Origin: Octopus bimaculoides
Taxonomy: Eukaryota
Reading direction: 5' to 3'
DNA length: 36,560 nt
Assembly: GCF_001194135.2 (NCBI RefSeq)
Contig: NC_068984.1
Location: 35,297,404-35,333,963 of the forward strand
Translations under genes and position numbers: made by a program
The notes under the pieces: generated by a model
The model's input: the letters and a program-made list of their open reading frames with translations, nothing else
Told to the model about the DNA's origin: nothing
Database searches by the model: none
In this document: in pieces, positions 23,211-35,501 of the stretch
How positions within the stretch are numbered: the first letter of the stretch is position 1
Layout: each line of letters begins with the position of its first letter

Positions 23211-24619
23211 ATCTATATATATTTCGTGTTACAATGAAAAGAGGTGCACGATTATAGAATGTTTGACTCCAGCCTAATATAACACATTACTGCAATTCAT
23301 TGTTAAGGCATCTGTATGAGTGGAGTCAAGGCAAGACAGTTTGTACTGGCATCGAGAGGTATTAGTTGTTGCAAGGAAGTCAAAATGATATTTTGAAATA
23401 GGTTAATACGTACGTTTCAGGTTTGCGTAATATATAGGAAGAAGTACGTCCATTACATAAAGTTTCTAAAGTTACTACGTTTCAAAATACATATAACATG
23501 CAATATTATGAACAGGAAGTTGTCAAATCTTTCACAGCATCGGCGTAGCACGCGGATAACTGATGGAATATAGAACGATATTTTTTTCGATGACACAGAT
23601 GTAGATTCAAGGTGGTTTCCCTTTGTTTGACTCGAGCTGAGAGATAGATAAGTAAAATCCATACTGTCACCGGCGATCATGTCCTACGTTTAGGTAGTTT
23701 CTTCTATGGATTTTGTGAACATTTAAATTTAATTATTTTTGTTTGGCTCTAGCAAATGTAGATAATTTACTGTTGAAGTGCATATCCAAAATATCGGTTT
23801 TAAATTTATCAAAAAGTGGTTATGCGATGGGCTCTTTATAACAATTCAGGGTAAATGAATTATTAGCGTTAGTTTTATCAAATCTATTATGAAAGAAGAA
23901 TGCGCGCAGTACTGCTCATCCTATTAAATCACTAGTTTGTAGTAGAAGTTATGATAAAGACACATCCTGAAATGCACTTGGCATACATCTTAGAGAGATA
24001 ACAAGAAATAACTTATCCAAGGTGGACTGATACAGATTTATTCTCCAATGTCAGCGAAGGAAGTGCATTCATTCTCCTATCAATCACTTACGAGATTTTC
24101 TCCACTGATCCTATGGACTTTATTTACCTATCAGGGTCGAGTAGGCACGAAAGACATCTAGAATTAAGTATGCATGTGTATGCGCATGTATGTATGTATG
24201 TGTATGTATGAATGTATGTTTGTATGTAAGTGTATGTGTGCATTCGTCTGTGCATGTGTTAGTATATGTATCTGCATACATTTCATATAATGTCACCGTA
24301 CACCATTTTCTGTGATTTATAATTGTTACTTAGCAGAGATGTGTAGATATGATTGCAATATGTCAAACATATATCAACCACTGTAAATGCTGTAAGGTAA
24401 CATTATATACTTTACGAGTCTCTCAGTTTACTACAAATGACCGACAAACATCCCATATAGCTACGGTTTAAATAAATGCTTTGCCCTAAATGTAATTCTT
24501 GAAAGACTAGATTGTGTTGTTATGTGGAGAATGCCTTTGATCATGCATGTGCTTGATATGAATTGATGTGAAAGTAAATACAGGACCAAGAGCCCCATCT
24601 GGTATTGTAAGTCTTGCAC

Positions 24620-24623
24620 CCAC

Positions 24624-24687
<64 letters not shown>
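24620..24687. repeat. (CA)n microsatellite
   Basis: Read directly. Confidence 0.95.
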
Positions 24688-24688
<1 letters not shown>

Positions 24689-26063
24689 GCATATTCATCT
24701 ATCATATTTATAGCTATAAACTGTCGTAAGAAAAGTTAAATAGCTTTTGTTGCAATCAATAAAAAAGTGCGTTGAAAAAACGAAAGAAATAGCAGAAAAA
24801 GATGAGAATTCTGCGATTGAAACCTTTGGCAATAAATGTCGAGAAATATTTGGGATTACATTTTTATAATTTCATTTTCCCGATCATAGATATCTTTATA
24901 TGCATCGCAATTCAATTAATTCATATCAAATATATAGCCATCTCCATTAAAACATTTTTTAAAATATACAAAATAATAAACAGAGAAATAACCAAATTTT
25001 AAAGCTGTACAACATAATAAGGATTTCACAGTTAACGTTTATTCACATTTTAATTGTTTGTTTTACCAATGAACATGCGGTTGCTGGCATAGGCGGACCA
25101 TATGTTATATATTTCTGCCTATATATACATCTTTCATTTTTATTATTTTCTTATCACATAATTCTAAAATATTGCAATAGTATGAATTTATCATTTCAAA
25201 TTTAATAAGTTTCCCTTTATTTCTATATTGTTTTTGTTATTGTTTTTATTTCTATATGCTATATATTTTTTTGAATATGAAATCTAAAAATGAATCAAAG
25301 AAAAAATTTCCATTTTCTTATATCAAGATTAAATGAGTTTAAACTTGTTCTTTATAATCAATATGTAATAGATATAAAGAAAAGTTTTGCTGAACGCATA
25401 CAAGATATGTATATATATGCTTGACGTATATAGGATCACAATGCATGTGTGTGTATATGTGCGCGTGTCTGTTAATGTGTGTGTGTCTGTGTGTATACCT
25501 GTGTGTGCCTAAGTGTGTGTATGTGTGTGTGTTAGATTGTGTGTGTATGGGCGTGTGTGTTCGTGTATGTGTGTGTGTATAGAATTGAACTATTCGGCAT
25601 TTGCTCTCCTAAGCAGAAATTCGTAGCCTTATACAGATTTTGCCCACGACAAAGCCATACACGCTCCCCACGCAAACACACATGCTCACATACAAGTGAC
25701 GAGGTCCAAACACAGCTGAAATCTGGCTTTCCAGCCACAAAAGTGTTATAACTTTTCACAAGTATACTTCCGGTTGAGAATACAAGCCATGTGTGAATCT
25801 ATGTATGCACATATGTCGCGTGCATAAAATGACTTCAGCTCTTCGAGACAGAATATCTGAAGAATATTTTACATTACCAACTGCAAAAGTTGCAAAGGGT
25901 TAACACCGAAACCGAGCGTAACATTTTCATTAATAATACGCCGTATATGCCATAGCAAGTAATATATATACAAATATTACTTGTATTCTCCGAGGTAACA
26001 GTAGTGAATTTGCCTCTTAGATAAAATATGGCACAAACATATTTTAACTAAACCTAAGTTCAC

Positions 26064-26099
<36 letters not shown>

Positions 26100-27477
26100 T
26101 CTGCTTGGGTCGGTGAGAACTCCACTGAGCAATTTTATAGCATTTTCCTCGATGGAAAACTTTACGTTAGCCGTGTTTGGAACTCGTCAGTTTTGTGTGT
26201 TTGTGAGTGGGTGTTGTGTTTGTGTGCGTATGTGTGCGTGTGTGTATGTGTGTGTGTGTGTGTGTTTGTGTATGTGTGTGTGTGTGTGTGCGTGTGTGCG
26301 TGTGTGTGTGTGTGTTTATGTGTGTTTGTTTGTCTTTACCCTGTCCAAATCTGAATAAAGCCATGGATTTGCGCTCTTGAGAGCAACGTCCGAATATTTC
26401 GATTTTGGATTTCAAGAGACCACACCAATTTTGTGTATTTTCTGTGCAGCAGATCTTACAATGCTTCCTTCCCTTCAAGTACGGTTCAAAAGAGGCTAGC
26501 TCCTCTCAGTTGATTTACTATCGCATTGTTTCTTCATTAATCCCAAGATCTTGAAACTTTGAAATATCGCACCTCCTTTTGGTTCGAAAAAACTATCTGT
26601 GTTTATTTAACCTCGGGTTGATGGAGTCATTCGTTGCCCGAATATATCTCTGTATGTGTATCTTCCATTGGTTTTCGATTACTCCATTGCTGCGACAAAA
26701 TATACGGCTTTTTTTTTTCCGTGACCATTCAATTGCCGTTCATAATAAAGTCTAGTTCCTCTTTCGGTAGCTTTCAATTACATACGAATATATCTTTGAG
26801 GCCAGATGCATAGCAATTAAGACAGACGAGATGTTCAGTTTGGAGATGACACCTATATGGCTTGAGTCGAGGGCATCCAATTTTTTCTTGATTTTGAGTT
26901 TGAAACGTTTAGAGTTGTTTATGTAGAAATCTGGGGTTGAGCTTCTGGATCATAGTGAAATGGGATTCAATCTCATGGATGTTATGTGCATCCTTGTGTA
27001 AAGATAATTTGGTAGCATGGGTATGTTCTTGGTAGGGTAATGGAATTAATATAATTCCACGTTCGCAAAGAGAATATACTGCTAGTGTTTCCGTGATTAT
27101 TTACAAGCGAAGAGTTACAGAGTCCACAGTGAAGCACATACGCGTTTGCGACTTATTGTAATACATTTCTGGAAAGCGTAAGCGTAAAAGATAAACAGTC
27201 AGTTGTCCATACATCACAACAAATCACTTCATATATGAAATATACTATAGTCATGAATTTACACCGGTGAGTAGTATCATACAGATTGCGTTATATAAGA
27301 CTAGGGAAGTTACCTTGGTTATATATCTGTTCAGACTGTTAGAGACATTATCGTGTCAACAATTGTAATTATTAGTATTGATGACTCTTCATACATGCAA
27401 CCTCGAAAGTTATAATCTCTTTTATATCGGTGGCACATAGAGACCCATCTTAGCTTGTATATATACATGTATTATGT

Positions 27478-27608
27478 ATGTATACCCACACACACATACA
27501 CACACACGCATATATATATATACATACACACACACACACACATACACACACACGCATATATATATATACATACACACACACACACACACACACATATACG
27601 TGTGTGTT

Positions 27609-27692
<84 letters not shown>
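27478..27692. repeat. Compound (CA/TA)n followed by (TG)n microsatellite
   Basis: CA-rich block with an internal duplication of about 54 bp, then a long TG run. Confidence 0.95.
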
Positions 27693-27693
<1 letters not shown>

Positions 27694-28033
27694 ATGTAAG
27701 TGTGTATTCTTAGGCTTGTACACACACAGAGACACACACACACTGAAGTTCTTCTAGGAGAATGCAAACCTGGCGTTAAACGTGTTAACACACAGCCAAC
27801 CGTCTTGCAATATAATTGTCACTGAAACCTATATGGCAACCCAGAGATTATCAAATGTGTCTTACATCTTCTGTCACTTAAATTCAACGTCATGCATTTT
27901 GTATTTCTAATGTCCTACTGCATTGGATGCGTGTCGTGGAATATAATTTCCTCGTAGAAGCAATGACAAAAGTAAATCGGAATATTCAGGGTTAATATGA
28001 GATGGCTATCTTCTCAAAGATTATGCGATCATG

Positions 28034-28075
<42 letters not shown>

Positions 28076-28250
28076 ACATATGTTTCAGATATGTAGATAT
28101 GTGTGTGTATATATAAACACGTGTACTTTTGATCACCATAATTCACTAAACAATGTAACCTCGTACTAAATAATGTAGTTCTCTAACACTAACCCCTTTT
28201 AGAGGAAAATAAATGTTACTTTCTAGTATTATAACTGCATCTTTGTCTAG

Positions 28251-28375
28251 CAGCACTCGAAGGGGGAAATCCCTTGATGTGGCAGTTTATGCAGATGCAT
28301 CGGAGTGTTATCCCCACAAGCGATAAAAAGACAGGTGCTTTTATGCAACAGACATCTATGCGAAAATACTCTCTG
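28251..28375 (+). CDS. Candidate 125-nt internal exon (ALEGGNPLMWQFMQMHRSVIPTSDKKTGAFMQQTSMRKYSL)
   Basis: Acceptor gcatctttgtctAG (NAGNAG), donor CTG/GTAAAT, one open frame. No recognised homology. Confidence 0.15.
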
Positions 28376-28439
28376 GTAAATATCACAGTATCCTGTGTTC
28401 TAGAAAAGCATTCGCTTTCAGTGGAAGATGATAATTATA

Positions 28440-28491
<52 letters not shown>

Positions 28492-28518
28492 TTTGTGTAT
28501 GTGCGTGTGTATGTGTTT

Positions 28519-28541
28519 GGGTTAGGGTTAGGGTTAGGGTT
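28519..28541 (+). repeat. Short interstitial (TTAGGG)n tract
   Basis: GGGTTAGGGTTAGGGTTAGGGTT between (GT)n and (AT)n. Confidence 0.8.
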
Positions 28542-28553
28542 TGTATATATTTA

Positions 28554-28607
<54 letters not shown>

Positions 28608-28608
<1 letters not shown>

Positions 28609-29000
28609 CTTCACTTCATGGTCTTGATTGATGAGGTTGGGTTTAACCCAGGTAAGTGGTCCCAGATACTTCATCATAATATAGCCTATCATGTCCGCTG
28701 GAGACAGCCTCCATTCCCCCTTCCAGATGATGTTGACTCTCTGGAAATCTTCCGCGATCATGCCCAGCCATCTTGTTGGGGGCTGGTCACGAGGCCTCTT
28801 TCAGCTTGCAGCTGCTACGTCGAATGAGAATATAGCCCTGGCAAGATAATCCAGCGGTGAAAGTTTACATGTCCGAACCAGCGTAGAGGACGAATAGCTA
28901 TGAGATAGTAGGCTACGGGCCGATGCATGCGCACACAATGTTCATTGAGGGAAGTAACGCCATAGTGTATCAAGTAATATTTTGCAATGAGAACTCCATT
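28608..29000 (-). mobile_element. RTE-clade LINE 3' fragment
   Basis: RPLRWFGHV...*KRPRDQPPTRWLGMIAEDFQRVNI (LRWFGHV and KRPRGRP-x-x-RW motifs); ends in …gaccatgaagtgaag. Confidence 0.7.
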
Positions 29001-29904
29001 GAGCAATTAGCACTTCATTTATAATTGTTGGCTGTAAATTGCGTAATATTTGGTCGATATTTAGAAAAAATATCGATTATGAATAAATTATTAATTCTAG
29101 AAACGTGCGTACATGTCTGTGTTTGCACGTATGCACACACGCACATACACAGACACACACATATATATGTGTTTTTACACTCACGTAAACACGCACAGAT
29201 ACAAATGCGCACACACACACACTCACGTGCGCACACACATGATATATATATTGAGAATATGCGCGAAAGTGCAGGAGATGAATAACCGACACAGAACATA
29301 TTGAGTTAGAAATTTATGAATCTCAGTTCATAACAAAATATATTTCAGTGAATGTATTTGAAATTTAATTAACAAATTCAATATTTTATATTTTATGTGT
29401 CTCAGTTATATACACCTGAAAGACATATCATTGCTATTTAGGAAAAAAAATACAACACATTTAAATTTGTGATCATATGCACTAACATTTAAATAACAAA
29501 CGTACACATAAAGAAACTTTCGTATTGTTTCAAGCCAGAAGAGGTTTTCATATTTCTAACGTATATTGATCAAAGTATTCAGGAAAAGCCAACTTTTTTT
29601 ATGAGATGAGCAAAAATATTTGTTTACGAATAAATGTATATATGTAAATCATTTTTCTGTTTAACATTACTATTGTGATGAATAAATTGTTCGCTCTATG
29701 GAAGGCAAAATGCACATTATTACAGGACTGTAATTTTGGAAGGCAAATAGGAATATTGAAATCACATGCACACATATAAACACATACACATAGGTATATG
29801 TAAGTGAGATGGAGTGCGCGCATGTCTCTGTACAGATACTGCATATTGGAAAAGAGGAAGCAGTCACCATTTTGGATATTTGGATAATCCTTTAACAGCG
29901 CAAT

Positions 29905-30325
29905 GATTCGTTTACTACTATCTCTCTCACTCTACCTCTCGTTGCTCACTTTTATTCTACTTCCTCCCCTTCTTTTCCCTCTGCTACTCTTTCTGTTTAC
30001 ACAGCCTTGGTCACATTTGTCCGGCTGCTATTTCTTTTCGTTCTTGGACTCCCCAAGCTCGCACGGACTTCTTTGCCCCTTCTGTTCGTGCTTCACAGCG
30101 TTCAATACATACACACTTCACGTCTGGCTGTACAGCCTTTTTGCTTGTTTGTTTATTCACCGTTTCGTTTTCCTGTCTTGTTTTCCGTCCGCCCCTACCC
30201 TCCACGAAAATAATTTAATTTGTGTTCGTGGGAAGAACCATTTCAACGATGCGTACTGCCTTAATTCTTCGAAACGCCGGTGTTTTAATGGTGGCAGCTG
30301 ATGAAGGAGATGTTTCTATGCGGCC
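29905..30325 (+). mobile_element. Putative PLE LTR-family repeat with hammerhead core motifs, cut off by a gap
   Basis: Homologous to 7370-7685; carries TCTTC-GAAAC-GCCGGT-GTT...CTGATGA-A-GGAGA at 30266-30310. Confidence 0.55.
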
Positions 30326-31009
30326 NNNNNNNNNNNNNNNNNNNNNNNNNNNNNNNNNNNNNNNNNNNNNNNNNNNNNNNNNNNNNNNNNNNNNNNNNNN
30401 NNNNNNNNNNNNNNNNNNNNNNNNNNNNNNNNNNNNNNNNNNNNNNNNNNNNNNNNNNNNNNNNNNNNNNNNNNNNNNNNNNNNNNNNNNNNNNNNNNNN
30501 NNNNNNNNNNNNNNNNNNNNNNNNNNNNNNNNNNNNNNNNNNNNNNNNNNNNNNNNNNNNNNNNNNNNNNNNNNNNNNNNNNNNNNNNNNNNNNNNNNNN
30601 NNNNNNNNNNNNNNNNNNNNNNNNNNNNNNNNNNNNNNNNNNNNNNNNNNNNNNNNNNNNNNNNNNNNNNNNNNNNNNNNNNNNNNNNNNNNNNNNNNNN
30701 NNNNNNNNNNNNNNNNNNNNNNNNNNNNNNNNNNNNNNNNNNNNNNNNNNNNNNNNNNNNNNNNNNNNNNNNNNNNNNNNNNNNNNNNNNNNNNNNNNNN
30801 NNNNNNNNNNNNNNNNNNNNNNNNNNNNNNNNNNNNNNNNNNNNNNNNNNNNNNNNNNNNNNNNNNNNNNNNNNNNNNNNNNNNNNNNNNNNNNNNNNNN
30901 NNNNNNNNNNNNNNNNNNNNNNNNNNNNNNNNNNNNNNNNNNNNNNNNNNNNNNNNNNNNNNNNNNNNNNNNNNNNNNNNNNNNNNNNNNNNNNNNNNNN
31001 NNNNNNNNN

Positions 31010-31152
31010 TAACTTAGCGGTTCGGCAAAAGAGACCGAAAGAATAAGTACTAGGCTTCCAAAGAATAAGTCCTGGGGTCGATTTGCTCGACTAAAGGCGG
31101 TGCTCCAGCATGGCCACAGTCAAAAGACTGAAACAAGTAAAAGAGTAAAAGA

Positions 31153-31155
<3 letters not shown>
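31010..31155 (+). mobile_element. SINE 3' end, least diverged copy, emerging from a gap
   Basis: taacttagcggttcggcaaaagagaccga...ggggtcgatttgctcgactaaaggcggtgctccagcatggcc...gactgaaacaagtaaaagagtaaaagag; three more copies in the window. Confidence 0.85.
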
Positions 31156-31190
<35 letters not shown>

Positions 31191-32322
31191 GTATATGTAG
31201 GTATAAACACAAAAATCCATATACACAACTATAGGTATGCACTCTTACATACATAGAAATACATATAAACAACTTAATTGAAACTGAATGCACAGTATAA
31301 TATAAAAGAGTGATAAAACATGCTCAAAAATTCAAACATTCCTGAAAATTTAGATATTTGATAAAATTCTCTGTTATGAGAAATAACAAATTTTACATGA
31401 CTGAAAAATTTCATAGGTATATTTCACAATTGCGAGTTCAATTAGTCTCATAGGAATACGTTATATTAAAAATAAGTTACGATGATGTAGCAAATGTCAG
31501 GTCAATTTAAACAGACATAAAATATGTTTAAAAACGTTGATTTTCTTAGAATAGACTTTTAATATCATCGGCTAGGCTTGAAGTCTAATGGTTAGATTGA
31601 AGTTTAGATTTATGCACTGTAATTATTTTAAAATTTAATAGTTTTGAAGTTTGCTTCAGTTTCTTGCAATCATAGCAGTGATTAATAGCTAAAACAAAAT
31701 GAATTAAAACTAGGAGGGAAATAATCGAAAGATACAAATAATCGTATTATTACGTGGAAAATGATGAGAAGAAAGTATTTAAAATTAAAGTTGTTAGAGT
31801 TAATGCATATATTGGTACAAGCACACATACACACAAAAAGACGAACATACGCGCGCGCGCAAACATACATACAAACACATACATGCACAAACACACATAC
31901 AATCGCACAGAAACACACACACACACACACACGGCAACATACACACAGAAACACACAATGCACACGCACACACACACACACATATATTTAGACAGATACG
32001 CAGACACATATTTTCAAGTTTTTTTATATTACATTCGGATTCATGCCTTTTAATTTCAAGCCTTCAAGTGCCCCACGAAAAGAAGCTGTTAATGGAAAAT
32101 AGAGTAACAAATACTGTGGTGGAGTGTGAACTATTATACATTTCAGATGAAGCATTTCTGAAATTTTCAGTCTCATATATTGCCTTTCAATTTCAAGCGT
32201 GATAACACGAGTTAAAACTTCCATCGCTTTCAACATATATGTATGTGTGTGTGCGTGTATGAGTGAATGTGTGTGCGTGTATGAGTGAGTGTGTTTGTGT
32301 GTGTATGAGTGTATGTATGAGT

Positions 32323-32374
<52 letters not shown>

Positions 32375-32627
32375 TCTTGTGGGTATTTCTGAGTATTGGT
32401 GTATTTCTACCGTTGTCTGTACATAATTAGACCTTCAATTTTGATAACACAAGATACAATATGGCTGTGCGTAATGCAGTTACTACAAGAAACGTTTAGA
32501 ATTAGTACACTGCATATTCTTATACAATTTCCTAAGTTTGAATAGTGCTTAAGCCTCGGGGTAAACTGCTGAAATACAGAAAACAGTGGACGAATAAACG
32601 ACAAATTTTATATTTTCTCCCTTGCAG

Positions 32628-32698
32628 CTGAAGCTTTGATAGAAGCAAAGTACAGTTTTCCCAGTGTAACAAATATTTCTAACATAAACCTTGTCTGA
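32628..32698 (+). CDS. Candidate terminal coding exon ((A)EALIEAKYSFPSVTNISNINLV*)
   Basis: Very strong acceptor ttttatattttctcccttgcAG; only the phase-1 frame is open; followed by AT-rich, UTR-like sequence. Confidence 0.25.
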
Positions 32699-33254
32699 CA
32701 TGCATTTTGCAATTTTAATTGTATTTATTTATCTATTTATTTATTTATTTATCGATGGTGGCAGGGACTTTAATTATTTCATGCCGAGAACGTCGATAAT
32801 GATCAAAACTTCAATGTCAAAAACTACATCAAGAAGCCAGCAACTGTACGCTTAGCTGTCATTTGACAGGCTCGGAATAGTGACCGATTATACTTGACCT
32901 CACACTTTTACGTATTACACACGTAACGAAGTATTAGTTGTGCATAGTTTAAACGCATTTTGTAACAATTCTGTCAGTGAGAGTTGATATAGAGCTAAAC
33001 AACATACCAAGAACTAGAACAACGCCACCAAACATTATTATTCACTTTATAGCTTGCACAGCTTTACTGCAGGTATCTGCAATAATATAGCAAACTTTAT
33101 AAGACACGTTGTTTTATTGATTTATTTTTGTTGATGTTATGGACAAATGGTTGTGCTCTCAATTTAATTCATGTCTTGACACTGGGCATTATTAATCATT
33201 TGTAGGTTCCATTGCTTCGTAGCATATAAAGAATTGCATATTATTTTATTATTG

Positions 33255-33410
33255 CATTCCGGATCTTTGCTGTCCGAGTTCAAATCTCGTCGAGATCAAC
33301 TTCATCTTTCATGCTACCAGTATCGATAAAATAATGTACGGTATCTAGGTTGAGAGTTTATTCTAACCACACCTCCCTAAATGTTGGTTTTGCGCACAAA
33401 TGAAAAATGT
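33255..33410 (+). mobile_element. Degenerate CORE-type tRNA SINE
   Basis: B-box gagttcaaatc, then gagatcaacttcatctttcatgct..tatcgataaaataa.gtac, homologous to 35281-35501. Confidence 0.6.
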
Positions 33411-33711
33411 TTGTTATATTTCTAATGTTTTTTCTCTTTTCTCTCGATGTTTTGTTATCTGTTACCTATTTTCCATCACGCTTGTGGTTTTCAAAGAATG
33501 CGTACATTGTTCATTAAGTTTATATGAAAGTTTATATTGTTTTCTATGTATCTTCTCATTGGAAGAAATCGAGAGAAATTAGATTATTGCCAAGCAGATT
33601 TTGTTTTAATCGCATCTTTTAAAAAACAGTGCTAGGGAAGTGAATGTTATTTAGAGATGCACTTTATAAAATCTCTAGAGTTTAGAATGTAATATGTATA
33701 CTAACATATAC

Positions 33712-33750
33712 ATATGTATGTGTGTGTGTATGTGTGTATGTATGTATATA

Positions 33751-33816
<66 letters not shown>

Positions 33817-33835
33817 TAGATACACACATATACAT
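33712..33835. repeat. TG/TA compound microsatellite
   Basis: Read directly. Confidence 0.9.
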
Positions 33836-35280
33836 GCATACATACATTTACGCGCGTGCGCATATACATACATATCTATATATATGTAAATGCATATAAT
33901 ATAATGCGTAAATGTGCATATTTAAATATAGAACAAAGTAAATGTAAAAATAATTTGGGAAGGAAGAGATGCATGTCTTGAGTATGGTGCATTGCTTTGG
34001 CAACATTTGAACTAATGTTTTACATTCATTACATATGCAGAATTATTTAGTTCTTTATTAAGCATTATATTATAGGATTATATATTCATGTTAAGTAAAC
34101 TGAGTTCATTGACTGAAGAATAATACTTACGCAGTACATGCTAGTTCAAATGGAAGACGTCCTTATTTCAATATGTTGAAATGGTAACTGAATCGTTCAC
34201 ATATGCTAACACCTAGAATTGTTACTCCAAGCTCTTACTACTTGATACTTTATATTCTTGGTTCTATTTTGTACCTTGCAGTTGGCGTGTGAATTTTCTG
34301 TCACATATTTTTCAACTATATTGATATGTGTCACAGTTGAAAGAGTCTAATGAATCGGCGTGTTTGCTGTATCGTTTTAATTGTTTTCATTGTTTTCAAA
34401 GTCTTCCCATAAAGTTTTTTACTAACTAGTATTGGCCGTAGCATCTGAAGACATTCCTCTATCAAGTGTGTTGTTATCTTCCCATGTATTTGCCATGACT
34501 ATTTACTTATTCTCTCTCGAGAGTCTATTTCATATCTTGTTACGATATAGAGACAATATTCAATCTGCATCATTCTTTCGAATATCACCCATTCAATTTG
34601 CCCTTTTATACACTTTGAGCTTATCCATTTGTGTCAGCCTGTATAATTCCATTTGGAGTATTATAGACAACAAGTTTACGCCGTTCCTGTGGTTGGCGCA
34701 TTAATGACACTTTCTCTATCACGCATACGATATCTTCCATGACGATGTTCAACTTTTCAGTTTCCGAACTATCTTGCACAGATAGTTTATTGAATGCCTA
34801 TATGTGTAATCAATAATTATTACATGTACCATTACTAGAATTTGATAGGTGCTGCGTTATAGCTACATGTATTCTTTATCCACCATATTTCAATATAAGG
34901 AAACGTTTTAACATAATTAATGTCATCAACATAGGTAGAGCGTAATGCTTGTTTGATACTTTAACAAATTTCTTATACTCTTGTAGATCACGTTACAATA
35001 AAACAAATTCATGTTTGTCTCTAAAATTTCTTTTTCAACTTGCATGATTTTTAAGTTTTGCTCATAAAATTTTAAACATTTCAATGTTTTGTGCTAAGTA
35101 TCTTTATATTTCGCACGAACTGCGTTCGCAGTCTGGATCGTATAGGGAAATTCATGATATTCTAGGTTCGTTAGTACTTTTGCACTACAATTAGCACGGA
35201 TTTAACCCCTAGCGACATGGACCACGTGGAAAATATTGCTTTCTAAAGCTTTCATAATAGTATCCTATTGTTGCTTGCTT

Positions 35281-35501
35281 GTAAGGCGGCGAGCTGGCAG
35301 AAACGTTCGCACGCCGGGCGAAATGCTTAGTGGTATTTCGTCTGTCCTTACGTTCTGAGTTCAAATTCCGCCGAGGTCGACTTTGCCTTTCATCCTTTCG
35401 ACGTCGATTAATTAAATACCAGTTGCGTACTGGGGTCGATCTACTCGACTGAACCTTTCTGCACAAATATCGGGCCATGTGCCTAGAGTACAAATGAATT
35501 A
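35281..35501 (+). mobile_element. tRNA-derived CORE-SINE (octopus OR/OK-like), full length with a 10-bp TSD
   Basis: Head ggcggcgagctggcagaaacg..., B box gagttcaaattcc, CORE-like gtcgactttgcctttcatcctttcg..gtcgat.aatt.aa.taccag; TTGCTTGCTT repeated at 35271-35280 and 35502-35511. Confidence 0.88.

Noticed and set aside
25766-25774. ETS motif ACTTCCGGT
   Set aside because: Isolated 9-mer with no CpG island or other promoter evidence.
26114-29008. 21-bp near-identical match TGAGAACTCCAYTGAGCAATT (26114 and 28988)
   Set aside because: Does not extend; at most a remnant of a dispersed repeat.
1881-31046. Long ORFs of 200-400 aa in the ORF track
   Set aside because: They run through N gaps (X residues) and dinucleotide repeats; artefacts.
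142-33873. Poly-I, poly-Y, CVCV, HTHT, YIYI and poly-L ORFs
   Set aside because: Translations of microsatellites.
34285-34353. GPCR TM3-like LACEFSVTYFSTILICVTVERV after an acceptor
   Set aside because: Stop codon immediately after, and no other TM segments nearby.
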